A stretch of DNA of 64,000 nt from a virus: IMG/VR virus record IMGVR_UViG_3300025949_000016. One strand, given 5' to 3'. Made by a program: the position numbers and the translations under genes. This document shows positions 1-10,023 of this stretch, piece by piece; the stretch's first letter is position 1, and each line of letters starts with the position of its first letter. Under the pieces are notes generated by a model. It did no database searches. It was not told where the DNA came from and saw only the letters and a program-made list of their open reading frames with translations.

Positions 1-1260
1 ATTAAATGCAGCTTGCATATTCTTAGTTTGAATAACATTATTACCAGTAGAATCAAATAATGTAACCACATATGTATCTATATCTCCACCTAAACTTACA
101 AATGAATAAGTAATTGAATTATCTGTAGTTGTTAAGTTTACAACTGGACAAGTAAATTCTATAGCATTTACTGGAGTGGAAGGTGATGGTCCACCAATCG
201 AACAATTATTAATAACTTGGAAGTTATAGATTTTATTCTGTGTCAATCCCGTTATAGCTCCTGTGGTTGTATTAGCAGGTAGTGTTTGAGAGGTTGTCCA
301 ATTAGAAGCATTTGCATATTTAAATTGAACAGCTTCAGGTCCATTATTAGCATTACTATCTAGGCTCCAGCTTAAACTTGCATTACCATTAACTAACGTT
401 ACAGTTAATCCATTAGGTACTGGACAAGTGGTATTTATTAAGAATGTTTGTTGATCTCTTTGAGGAGTTCCAGAATTACAAAGAGCTACAACCTCTACAG
501 TATGAGAGCCATTGCTTAAATTATTTGTAGTATAAGTAAGAGCATTTGTAGGCATATTTGGTTGAAGTATACCATCTACATATACGTTAAAACTTAATCC
601 AGACGACAACCATGTAAAAGTTGTTGATCCTCCAGTGATATTAGGATTATTTAATAAAATATAAGGACATGTCACGGTTGGAGCTTGAGGTATACAATTT
701 TGTACTAATGTGCAGAATCCAGGTAATTGACTTAGTTGATTAAGGACACATTGCCAATCTATTACAATTTGTAATTTTTCATTTAATCCAGGATTTACTT
801 TCTGTAAAGATAGGCATTGACCTGCCGAAAGTTTATCAGATAAAAATCCTCCAGTACTATCTATAGAAGAAATTTTAACAAATTGATCAATAATTTGACC
901 ACCCAAAACAGAATCTATTCTAATTTGCTGATCATCTCCACTTCCAATACCTGTTAAAATAATATTATTACCTGCAACTAATTTATTAAATAACGTATCT
1001 GGATGTGGATCATCATCACTTACTTTTACAAGTCCAGAATTACTTTGAATATCACAAATTACATTATTAAGTGAACATAATGCATCATTTAAAATGACTC
1101 CTGTAGGTATATTAGCACATGCTAAGTTTCCACCAGTATATTGTATACAATGAGTACCATATGTATCAAGACAGCCAACATCACATCCATTAATTATATT
1201 ACTTGGTGCACATGTTTGACAAAGATTACTTGCAGCTGTATTATTGCAATTAGATGCCAT
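1..1260 (-). CDS. Cys-rich tail/fibre protein with fibronectin-III-like beta domains (runs off the window start)
   Basis: ATG at 1260 (MASNCNNTAASNLCQTC...). Parts translated by hand are open: repeated VKVS/VKIS..D...L..KL.AG motif and an FN3-like segment CPVPNGLTVTLVNGNASLSWS. Missing from the ORF track, presumably because no stop lies in the window. Confidence 0.7.
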   Translation of the reverse strand, partial: MASNCNNTAASNLCQTCAPSNIINGCDVGCLDTYGTHCIQYTGGNLACANIPTGVILNDALCSLNNVICDIQSNSGLVKVSDDDPHPDTLFNKLVAGNNIILTGIGSGDDQQIRIDSVLGGQIIDQFVKISSIDSTGGFLSDKLSAGQCLSLQKVNPGLNEKLQIVIDWQCVLNQLSQLPGFCTLVQNCIPQAPTVTCPYILLNNPNITGGSTTFTWLSSGLSFNVYVDGILQPNMPTNALTYTTNNLSNGSHTVEVVALCNSGTPQRDQQTFLINTTCPVPNGLTVTLVNGNASLSWSLDSNANNGPEAVQFKYANASNWTTSQTLPANTTTGAITGLTQNKIYNFQVINNCSIGGPSPSTPVNAIEFTCPVVNLTTTDNSITYSFVSLGGDIDTYVVTLFDSTGNNVIQTKNMQAAFN

Positions 1261-1285
1261 TTATTGTAAATTTTTTATTTATTAA

Positions 1286-3025
1286 TTAAAGACTATGGCC
1301 TCCACCACATGAACAATCTGTTCCGTTAGTGCTCTTCTCACCATATAAATATAAGTATTTTGTTTGACCTCCTGTTGCAGGATTAGTTATTTTAATTACA
1401 GGTATTCCTAAACTTTGAGGTACTGTTACAGATATTGTGCTTAAAGAATCATCATCTTGAACTACGCATGCTGGAGTCATTATACCTGCAGGAACGCCTG
1501 TACTTATAGCAGTATATAAATACTGACCAGCATCAGGAACAGGTACTGGTATTGGTGACCCAACATTAGTTGTATGTCTATACGGAGAATTAATAGTGTA
1601 TGTAAGATTGCCTAATATAACTTCACTAAAGAAGGCATCTGCCATTGTATCATTTGTTGGAGTAGAGTGCTCCCAAGAAAGTGTATAGCAAATTGTTGGT
1701 GGAGGTGTTAAATCTATACATGTAGAACTTGCAGTTATATCTCCATCTGTAGAGACTGCCAAAATGACAGCATTTTTTTGAATATATCCTGTTTGACCAT
1801 TCTGAAGTATAAGTGTTTGTATCACTGTGTTACCAGGTATTTGATAAGCAATTGTAACACTACCATTAGTACCAGAAGCAGTAACTTGGCATACAGGACA
1901 ACTTGTATCTGTAATTGTATACATTTTAGTTATGCATTTTTCACAAGTTAATCCATCTGTAGCAAGTATAGCAGTAACACTTATAGTAAAAGGATCATTT
2001 AAATCAAGTCCTGTGAGGTCAAAATCTCCTAGGTTTGCGTTATTTGCTATAACTAAAGGATAAGTTAAGAAATCGCCATTCTTATCTGTAAAAGTAACAG
2101 TTGAGCCCGCATCCGTAAATCCATTAGGTATACTTGTTCCAGCCCCTGCTGTAAATTTAAGAAATACACCAGAACCATTTGTATCAACTTGAACTGCAAA
2201 TCCAAGTTTAATATCCTCACATGTTAACTTACAACAGTTTTCTTCTATTGTTGAAACTCTATCATTAAGATTACATGCAAGTATCCATAAATTGTTAACA
2301 GATTGTGCAAAGTTTTGAACAGCGGTTATCCATCCTTGAACAGTTGCAAAAGTACTATTAAGATCAGAACATTGCTGAGATATTGCTATACTTAAATCTG
2401 TATTATTACCAATCTGTGTTCTAAAATCACATAATGCTTGAGCAACTATTGGAACTGTTTGACTTACTGTTCTAAGTCCAGGAGTGAGACAAGTAGTCAC
2501 ACTAGGCTCAGGAGTAGTTGTAGGAGTAGTTTCTAAAGTATCAATTTGATTCTGTAAATCAACTATTGATGCTTTTATAGAATTTATATCTGTGACATTT
2601 GCACAGACTTGATTTATTATAGATTGAAGAGATTGATTTAGATCCTGCGGTATTTCATTGCCAAAATCATCAAATTTCTTTAAACACCGTAAATTAAGAT
2701 TTACTGTAACAGTATTAGAGCCACCTCCAGCCTGTTTAATTAAATCTTGAAGACAACACTGATTATCAAATAAAACCTGTATAATAGCCTTTAATGAAGT
2801 ATCCTTGCATTTTTGAGCACATGTTGTTACAAGACAATTCATATCTATTTCAGACATGTCTATATTGTCAAATAATTCAACAATCTTATCTGCAATTAAC
2901 TTTTCAACCTCACTTAAAACATCTCCATTACAAATACCTAAAACTGGAATATCACCTCCTTGCCAAACTACACATTCATTAGAAAGTACGTCTGGACAAG
3001 TTCTATTTTGATTTTTTGCTTTCAT
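1286..3025 (-). CDS. Cys-rich virion structural/tail fibre protein with coiled-coil segment
   Basis: 579 aa; N-terminal 'CVVWQGGDIPVLGICNGD' module, heptad-like region, lies in the structural operon. Confidence 0.65.
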   Translation of the reverse strand: MKAKNQNRTCPDVLSNECVVWQGGDIPVLGICNGDVLSEVEKLIADKIVELFDNIDMSEIDMNCLVTTCAQKCKDTSLKAIIQVLFDNQCCLQDLIKQAGGGSNTVTVNLNLRCLKKFDDFGNEIPQDLNQSLQSIINQVCANVTDINSIKASIVDLQNQIDTLETTPTTTPEPSVTTCLTPGLRTVSQTVPIVAQALCDFRTQIGNNTDLSIAISQQCSDLNSTFATVQGWITAVQNFAQSVNNLWILACNLNDRVSTIEENCCKLTCEDIKLGFAVQVDTNGSGVFLKFTAGAGTSIPNGFTDAGSTVTFTDKNGDFLTYPLVIANNANLGDFDLTGLDLNDPFTISVTAILATDGLTCEKCITKMYTITDTSCPVCQVTASGTNGSVTIAYQIPGNTVIQTLILQNGQTGYIQKNAVILAVSTDGDITASSTCIDLTPPPTICYTLSWEHSTPTNDTMADAFFSEVILGNLTYTINSPYRHTTNVGSPIPVPVPDAGQYLYTAISTGVPAGIMTPACVVQDDDSLSTISVTVPQSLGIPVIKITNPATGGQTKYLYLYGEKSTNGTDCSCGGGHSL

Positions 3026-3158
3026 TTAATAATGCTATATAGGTTTCGTATTGTGTTATACACTTACTACAAACTTCTTTACCATCAGAAGCTATTGTTT
3101 TAGAAGATCCTCCAGAACAAGAGCATCCATATTTATTTCCGCAATTTGGGCAAAACAC
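3003..3158 (-). CDS. small Cys-rich (putative Zn-binding) protein, 51 aa
   Basis: Manual translation from GTG: MFCPNCGNKYGCSCSGGSSKTIASDGKEVCSKCITQYETYIALLNESKKSK; fills the gap between neighbours; below the ORF-track cutoff. Confidence 0.7.
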   Translation of the reverse strand: MFCPNCGNKYGCSCSGGSSKTIASDGKEVCSKCITQYETYIALLNESKKSK

Positions 3159-3162
3159 GATT

Positions 3163-3762
3163 TCAAAATTTATATTTAAAAATATATCCTTTTATTTGCT
3201 TAATTTTTCCTTTTAACACTGCTACTACTGCAGAAGAATCTAAATTTAAATCTCTAGAAGCCACTCTTATACCATCGTATTCTTTTAAAATATTATTATT
3301 TTTATCAATCAAGTAAATAGGTTTCTTTGATCCTTTATAACCTCCTTTTTCAGAAATTTTATTAGCTTTTCTAATTTGAGCAGCTTTTCTAATATTATCC
3401 AAAGCTTTACCTACATGTTTTCTACCTATATTCATTGTTTTTATCCTATGTAATTCTTCTTCGGATAATTTAATATTTCTTCTAGGTTTAGCAGATAATA
3501 CTGTATTTAATTCGGGTTTTAAAGTATCTATATAATATTGTTCTCGTTCTATTAATTTCTCTACTTCACAATTTTCAAGTATCTCAAACATAAAGTTTTC
3601 TTCTCCGTATTTATTCCAAGATCTTTGAATGTATTTATTAAAATGTTTATTCCTTTTTAAACTACTCATATGCTCTATTTTTCTTCTATGTATATTATTA
3701 GAACTACCGATATAAATCTTATTATTAATAATACACTCTATTTTATATATACCTGACTCCAT
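3163..3762 (-). mobile_element. free-standing GIY-YIG homing endonuclease with C-terminal NUMOD1-like domain
   Basis: SGIYKI...KIYIGSS, EREQYYID, C-terminal KEYDGIRVASRDL...KGYIFKY. Confidence 0.9.
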
Positions 3763-3983
3763 TCTTTTATTCCTTCTATACTTGAATTACATTTTGGAAA
3801 ATCTTTACATTCATAACCAGCGTCTAAGACACTTTTTCTAAGTATCTTTTCAATAAGATCTCCTTCTTTATAGTTTATATTACAGCTATTTATACCATAA
3901 GATGTTATCAAATATTTATTGTGGACTAATTCTGCAATTTGACAACTTAAATCTTCTATTTGATTTTTTAACAACTTAGACAT
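3738..3983 (-). CDS. hypothetical protein in structural operon
   Basis: 81 aa ORF overlapping both neighbours. Confidence 0.55.
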   Translation of the reverse strand: MSKLLKNQIEDLSCQIAELVHNKYLITSYGINSCNINYKEGDLIEKILRKSVLDAGYECKDFPKCNSSIEGIKEWSQVYIK

Positions 3984-4513
3984 CCTACGTATTTATTTAA
4001 AAGCATACTTGCTTCATTATAAAGATCTATACCTTTTTCACCTTCATCACAAATTTCTACTTTATATTTAGAACTTTCTATTAATTGACGTATCCAAAGA
4101 ATTTCTTGTTTTATCTCTTCAAATTCTCGTACAGTATAATCAAACTTCTTATCTAAAAGTGCACATACTATACGAGCGTACTTATCCATTAATTTTATAG
4201 TTCTAAAGTAATCATATTCAACTACTAATTCTTGATTAGGTGCAATTGAATATTTTATATGATAAATACCATCAGGTAAATCAGCAAGTGTACTATAGCT
4301 TTTAGTTTTTAATATACCAAGTATAGAAGCATTAAGAGCCATACTAAAATATGGCTTAACACTAAAAACCTGAGAATATTTAAACCCTGGAGGAGTTACC
4401 TCTAATAGCCCATTTTGGACAGGTAACTTAGGATTATATTCACTATCATCTATTAATCTAAAAGTCTTAGGATTATTACTATCGTGATAATCTACTTGTA
4501 ATTTACTTATCAT
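3968..4513 (-). CDS. putative virion structural protein
   Basis: 181 aa, 'LPDGIYHIKYSIAPN' motif of the kind seen in crAss-like structural genes; position. Confidence 0.55.
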   Translation of the reverse strand: MISKLQVDYHDSNNPKTFRLIDDSEYNPKLPVQNGLLEVTPPGFKYSQVFSVKPYFSMALNASILGILKTKSYSTLADLPDGIYHIKYSIAPNQELVVEYDYFRTIKLMDKYARIVCALLDKKFDYTVREFEEIKQEILWIRQLIESSKYKVEICDEGEKGIDLYNEASMLLNKYVGCLSC

Positions 4514-4522
4514 GGTTTAACT

Positions 4523-4549
4523 AAAAAGGCGGCGCTCGTTGCAACCGCC
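4523..4549 (-). terminator. rho-independent terminator-like hairpin
   Basis: minus strand GGCGG-12 nt loop-CCGCC followed by TTTTT, downstream of the 647-aa gene. Confidence 0.6.
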
Positions 4550-4580
4550 AATTTATTTTATTATAAATAGGTTATTAACC

Positions 4581-6524
4581 TTACTTCCTATCCTTAAGAT
4601 ATACACCAACTTGAGAGAAGAATGATCCAAATACAGTTTCAAAAGTAGTGGTATCTACAGTTGACGGAAATGCTATAATTGTTTCAAACTTATCATTAGG
4701 TTGCATTGTATTCCAATTGGCTCTAAATCTATCCATTGTATACACTACATAATACAAATTATATAACGCTGTACGATCAATAAAACTAAGAACCTGTTGA
4801 TCGAATATATCCCTAATACGAGGATCAGAGCTCCAGGCATTATATGCTTCTAAGGAATTAGCCTTTAAATACTGACGAATCATATACTCACCAGTCTGTG
4901 TAGCTACTGTACCATATTGAATAGGAGTCACTTTAGCACCCTTGTCACAAGGTTGACCATTTTCAAGAACTTGAGATATTCTTATTCTCAAAGGCCTTTG
5001 ACTAAAGTAATCAGTAGGTTGAAATGAACAGTTTCCAAATCTTGTATCAGCATAAGCACCATATACTCTAACGCCAGCATATACATTACCCGGATCGGCG
5101 GGAGCCACATTACTTGCGTCACAAGCAGCATCTCTCCATTGAAATCCATTATAACCAGGTATATCTTTGTAAGTTACAGGTGCAGGAGATAAGCAATTAT
5201 CAATAACTGCAAAATCACTATATTGAGTTAACTGATAAGTATCTGCACAAGTACCACTTTGAGAAACTATAATAGAGTTAGCAACAATACTAGTATCAGA
5301 AGCATAGTATGCCTGAACTGCGGTAAGTTGATTAGATGTACCACAAGTCTTATTTAAGGTTATGGACTGTGTACGAGTACCTTTATATAGATCCTGATAG
5401 GTGGTCCAAGCAATTGCAGAACCTGCAGGAGGTGTACATTTAGCATCATTAGAATGACTAAATACAACTACGTCATCTTTAACGGCAGTAGGAGCTGCAG
5501 AAGTAGCTGCAATTTCGAGCTGAATAAGAGCAACTGCTCCATCCTGACCTAAGAAAGTACCAGCGTGAGCACTATAATCAGTAACTGCTGTTGCTACAAA
5601 AGTAGAAGTACCGCCAGCAAAGTTTTCAGATCCTGCTATTGGTCTACGTACTATATAATAATTATAGGAGGCAACAGATGTATAACCAGAAGGACATGTT
5701 CCACAAACTGCCAGTAGTACTGATCCAGTTGGAGTATAGTCTGCAGGAGCACCATTAGTAATTAAATCTGTTATTTCATAAGTAGAGGTTGATCCACTAC
5801 GACCTACACGAGTTACTGTATTATTTGAATATGCAGATTGAACGGCAGCAAGAGCTACTACATCACCATTATCACATACATTAAGGTGATAAGAACGATA
5901 GTTGGCAGTTGTAGCAGAGTAGTTAGAAATAACAGCTTCTGCTTTTACAAAATATTTTAACTCTACATCGTTATTGATCAAATCTGCCAATTTCTTAGCA
6001 TAGAATGTAGGATCTGTTCCATTGTCACAACCCGTAGCACAGTCACCGGTATCACTACAACAGTCTGTCCTCAGTTCAATAAAGCGATAGAGTGGACGAG
6101 AATAGGCACGAAATACATCTTCACCACTAACATCTACTTTAAAGAAATAAGAAGTTCCACAATCAAAGCTAAGACTATCACAAGCATTTACACCATCCCA
6201 ACCTATTTGCATAATATCCTGGCTAAGAGGAATAGGCTTAGAGCGATGAAATTCTATAACATCTTCTGCAAGAAAATCTTGTGTTTTGATAGACTGTTTC
6301 AATCCACCAATGAATCTACTAAGACTATCAACAGTATGCCAAGAACCACCAGCAATAAGAACACGAGGATGTTCTGCTACAGTAGCTCCTGTATTAAGAG
6401 CTTGGTAGGTCTCTGCATCTACCAGGGCGACCTGACCCGATTTTAAATTTTCAGTGCCTCCGCTAGTTAAAACTGAACCGGTTCCAATTATCACCGGATA
6501 AGGCAATTCCTGATAAAAACTCAT
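4581..6524 (-). CDS. capsid-associated/auxiliary structural protein
   Basis: 647 aa, Thr/Ser/Cys-rich, internal repeat (ALAAVQSAY / LTAVQAYY), three genes downstream of the major capsid gene. Confidence 0.55.
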   Translation of the reverse strand: MSFYQELPYPVIIGTGSVLTSGGTENLKSGQVALVDAETYQALNTGATVAEHPRVLIAGGSWHTVDSLSRFIGGLKQSIKTQDFLAEDVIEFHRSKPIPLSQDIMQIGWDGVNACDSLSFDCGTSYFFKVDVSGEDVFRAYSRPLYRFIELRTDCCSDTGDCATGCDNGTDPTFYAKKLADLINNDVELKYFVKAEAVISNYSATTANYRSYHLNVCDNGDVVALAAVQSAYSNNTVTRVGRSGSTSTYEITDLITNGAPADYTPTGSVLLAVCGTCPSGYTSVASYNYYIVRRPIAGSENFAGGTSTFVATAVTDYSAHAGTFLGQDGAVALIQLEIAATSAAPTAVKDDVVVFSHSNDAKCTPPAGSAIAWTTYQDLYKGTRTQSITLNKTCGTSNQLTAVQAYYASDTSIVANSIIVSQSGTCADTYQLTQYSDFAVIDNCLSPAPVTYKDIPGYNGFQWRDAACDASNVAPADPGNVYAGVRVYGAYADTRFGNCSFQPTDYFSQRPLRIRISQVLENGQPCDKGAKVTPIQYGTVATQTGEYMIRQYLKANSLEAYNAWSSDPRIRDIFDQQVLSFIDRTALYNLYYVVYTMDRFRANWNTMQPNDKFETIIAFPSTVDTTTFETVFGSFFSQVGVYLKDRK

Positions 6525-6546
6525 TGTTTTCTAATTTAATTTATTA

Positions 6547-7242
6547 TTAATTGTTAAATTCTGATCTCTGTTTTGCTATTTGCAATGCATTAGGAGATTC
6601 TATATCTCCTGCAAGTATTGCTACAGCATCATCTATTATTAATTCTACTATATCATCTCTAAATTCTGGATCTATTTGAATACCTGCTGATCCATCTATA
6701 TGGACACATCCTGTAAAATCTATCTCTCTTGGAAATCTATAGTAAGTTAGTTTAATATAATCTACACTAAATTCTTTATTTGTGTAAATTCTAACTCCAT
6801 TATCTATCATTGTGTGAAAGGTTTCTTCAAATTCAAAAGAAGGTTGCATTGACCAATCCTGAAGATATTCATCTACATTAGATTCTTCTCTCAGAGTGGA
6901 TTTTATCATCTTATTTTTACATTTACCTTTACTAATAAATGGGGTTATTCTCTTTAATTGCATGAAATCACTTGGAAGACTCTTTGTACTAAAATAGAGT
7001 TTATAATCATTTACATCTATTTTTGTTTGCTTAAGAAGTTGTTGTAGATCATTAACTCTTTGATCAGTAACTTCATCTCCTTCATGTGTATCATTTTTAG
7101 AATGAATTTGTCTTCTTATCCATTCTACTTGTGCTTTGTTATAAGCCTCTCTAATCTGCCAGCATTCCAGATTATCGTAATCTGCAGAATCTAATTTTTG
7201 TAATCTTTCTTTAATTTTAATACGTACTAGAGATGCTAACAT
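6547..7242 (-). CDS. putative head-tail ring/adaptor protein
   Basis: 'YNKAQVEWIRR', 'LTYYRFP', 'IIDDAV' pattern resembling crAss-like ring proteins; start moved to MLASLV to avoid overlap. Confidence 0.55.
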   Translation of the reverse strand: MLASLVRIKIKERLQKLDSADYDNLECWQIREAYNKAQVEWIRRQIHSKNDTHEGDEVTDQRVNDLQQLLKQTKIDVNDYKLYFSTKSLPSDFMQLKRITPFISKGKCKNKMIKSTLREESNVDEYLQDWSMQPSFEFEETFHTMIDNGVRIYTNKEFSVDYIKLTYYRFPREIDFTGCVHIDGSAGIQIDPEFRDDIVELIIDDAVAILAGDIESPNALQIAKQRSEFNN

Positions 7243-7244
7243 AA

Positions 7245-8207
7245 TTAACCAATATTCCACTTCTGTTCAACTCTGGTTTTTATATTATCCAGTTCATGAT
7301 CATAAGCAGGGTTTTGAAGATGAGTAATTACTCTTTCTAAAGTGGTACCATAAATACCTCCTGTTTCATTATTCTTAAACTCTCCTTTGTCATTTACATA
7401 CATGAATCCAAAATACTCAGCATCTTTAACAATTGCCATAACAGCTTGTTCCATTTTGGATTTCTTAGTTGCTTCTAAGAAGATGCGAGCAGATGTCATT
7501 TTAGATTGTCTAATAATCTCTCCATTAATATACTTATCTAAATCTTCATAAATAAGTGCTTTAGGAGTGCGTCTTGTATATCCTTTTTCTACTGGAAGTA
7601 AATATTTTCCAAGAAAGAAAATATCATCAAATGATTTAGATTCATACAGTTTCTGTAAAGTAGAAATTGCTTTATTTATAACTTCTTTACCTGCTATTCT
7701 ACTTTCAGCATATTCAATAGGTTCAACTAAATAAAATTGACATCCAGGAATTGCTTGTGCTTTTTCTAACGAAGGAGCAACAGTTGTAAATCCGCCACCT
7801 CTTATACAATGAACTAAAAGCTCTGTTCTAGGATTAGTTAAATCTAAGTTAGTTGTTTTACGATCAATAGTTAATTTAACTTTACTCCAATGCTTTTCAT
7901 TAGTAGGGTCTAAATTACCTTTTCCAAAGAACTGCTCTAATCTTTCAACAATTTTCTTAATCTCAGCTATTTTAGCATCCTTTTCTTCTCTTGTTAGATT
8001 AACATCATATTCAACTAATTCGCTGTCTAGTCCACAAAGATATCTCTTAGTTCCAAAGAAAGTCATATATCCTAAATCCTCTGTTCTAGTAAAGTTATCC
8101 ATCAAACCTTTACCAACAATAAGCGTTGCTTCACGATCTAGTTCTTTTTCACTAGGAAGATATTCAATGCTTATAGCATTAATCTTTTCTTTTGTTAAAG
8201 TTGACAT
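7245..8207 (-). CDS. conserved virion-operon protein following the major capsid gene
   Basis: 320 aa from MSTLTKEK; the upstream TTG start falls inside a structured RNA. Confidence 0.6.
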   Translation of the reverse strand: MSTLTKEKINAISIEYLPSEKELDREATLIVGKGLMDNFTRTEDLGYMTFFGTKRYLCGLDSELVEYDVNLTREEKDAKIAEIKKIVERLEQFFGKGNLDPTNEKHWSKVKLTIDRKTTNLDLTNPRTELLVHCIRGGGFTTVAPSLEKAQAIPGCQFYLVEPIEYAESRIAGKEVINKAISTLQKLYESKSFDDIFFLGKYLLPVEKGYTRRTPKALIYEDLDKYINGEIIRQSKMTSARIFLEATKKSKMEQAVMAIVKDAEYFGFMYVNDKGEFKNNETGGIYGTTLERVITHLQNPAYDHELDNIKTRVEQKWNIG

Positions 8208-8228
8208 TTTATTTTTTGGTTTTAATTG

Positions 8229-8380
8229 ACCATTAGGATGGTTGCGAGCCATCAGCAAAGTACCAAAGCTTTCTGACTAAAACCCTTTGCACGCGCAGTC
8301 TAATGGTTGAGCATTTAGCCCGTATTCTATACCTGAAAGTTTAACTTGCATCAGGGACAATCAGGAATTCATTATCTTTT
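8229..8380 (-). ncRNA. candidate structured RNA between the capsid gene and the next gene
   Basis: ACCATTAG/CTAATGGT closing stem, T-loop-like hairpin GATGG-CTCGCAA-CCATC, extra hairpin CCTGA/TCAGG. Confidence 0.45.
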
Positions 8381-8382
8381 GA

Positions 8383-9999
8383 TTACAGAGTATTACCAGT
8401 AATCGGATTTTTCATAACAAATTTCAGTATTCTCGTTGGATCTTTTACCCATATTGCAGGATAACGCTGCCAGAATTTAGCACGATACCCACTAAAATCT
8501 CCGCTAGATATAAACCCACCACGAGATAGGAGAGGAGTAGCAGGATGATACCAAGTGCCATTTTCTACTTTCCAATGTAATTCATTATCACGAGAATATT
8601 TCAACAACTTAATATTATCAGAACCTCCCAATTCATCAACGTCAAATACTATGAAAGAATAGCTAGACAAATTATAGCCATCAATCATCGGATTTTCAAC
8701 ATTGTTTACTACTGTATTATCAAGTGCTGGATTATATACAAAACGAAGAGTAGCAATAAACGGAATAACAATTTCCGTATAGAAGAGACCAAAAGAAAGA
8801 TCAAGTCTAGAACCTTGCAAAGCACCAACATCAGTACCATTATAGATAAGACTATGAGCATTGGCTTCTTTACGAATCATTTCATTTGCAAGATTCATAC
8901 CAGCTAGTCCAGTTTGAACATAAAGAACTCTATTAGGATCAGGTCCTTTATAGTCTACTTTACCATGATAGAAGTTCTGAATAACTGTCTTAAACATGTC
9001 TAAGCCAAAGCTATCACGAGTATAAATATGCTTATAACCACCACTATCAATTTGGAACCAGAGACCAACAGGAAGGATTACCTCATCTTGACCATCCAAA
9101 AGAATACGGCCACCAGAACCCCACATAAGATAATTCTCAATATCAGTAGCAATCTTCTGGATACATTTAACGTCCATTACGGTGGCCCAGCTAACACGTA
9201 CATCACCTTGCTTCATTTTATTAGCAAGATCATACATACTAACTCCTGCTTCATTCATGTAACGCTCCAAAGAGGGGATACCAGGATCTTGTTTAAGACC
9301 ATCTATCTGAATGAATTCGACAATTTTCTGATCTACACCAATAATAGAAGCTTCTTTAGAAATATAATAATGATCTTGAGCTTCTGCCATACCTACATAG
9401 TTCATATACTCACGCATTGCTGCACCAGTATATTTAGTATGATCCCATGCTTGACCAAATTCAGGTGCACGTACAGAACCCATTTTCTGAATACGCATAC
9501 CAGGAGCAAGATATTTTTTATCTAAGAATTGAGTATTGTCGTTATTTACAAGTTTAACCGTATATTCGAAAGCATCTCCAACTCTACGGATAGGGTCATG
9601 TGTAACAACCAATTCTATTCTAGAATATTTGTCAAATTTGAGAATGGAGCCGTGTCCAAATCTTTCATCATTAACAAGAATCTTAAACTTCTTACCGTCT
9701 GATCCAGGTTTTTCATCAGTAGTGATATCTTTAACAATTTCAGCCATATCGTCTATAGCTACAGGTACTTTAAATTTATACTGTTGAGTATCCGTCATGA
9801 TTGTACCCTTGCCACCAAAATTAGCCATTTTGTAAAGAGGCATTTCACGCTTTTGCATAAAAGCCCACATATCTACTATCCCCAGATCCTGAGGTGTTTC
9901 CGGTTGTAAAGCCATCAAGTGACTTTTATCTAGATGTTGTCCCACATCATATTTGGTATCACGGAAAAATATACCATTAACAATTGCTGGAGTTGCCAT
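8383..9999 (-). CDS. major capsid protein (crAss-like)
   Basis: 538 aa, 'ENYLMWG', 'GLWFQI', 'IWVKDPTR...NPITG'; order terminase-portal-scaffold-capsid. Confidence 0.85.
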   Translation of the reverse strand: MATPAIVNGIFFRDTKYDVGQHLDKSHLMALQPETPQDLGIVDMWAFMQKREMPLYKMANFGGKGTIMTDTQQYKFKVPVAIDDMAEIVKDITTDEKPGSDGKKFKILVNDERFGHGSILKFDKYSRIELVVTHDPIRRVGDAFEYTVKLVNNDNTQFLDKKYLAPGMRIQKMGSVRAPEFGQAWDHTKYTGAAMREYMNYVGMAEAQDHYYISKEASIIGVDQKIVEFIQIDGLKQDPGIPSLERYMNEAGVSMYDLANKMKQGDVRVSWATVMDVKCIQKIATDIENYLMWGSGGRILLDGQDEVILPVGLWFQIDSGGYKHIYTRDSFGLDMFKTVIQNFYHGKVDYKGPDPNRVLYVQTGLAGMNLANEMIRKEANAHSLIYNGTDVGALQGSRLDLSFGLFYTEIVIPFIATLRFVYNPALDNTVVNNVENPMIDGYNLSSYSFIVFDVDELGGSDNIKLLKYSRDNELHWKVENGTWYHPATPLLSRGGFISSGDFSGYRAKFWQRYPAIWVKDPTRILKFVMKNPITGNTL

Positions 10000-10023
10000 A
10001 ATTTATATAAAGTGTTTTTAATT

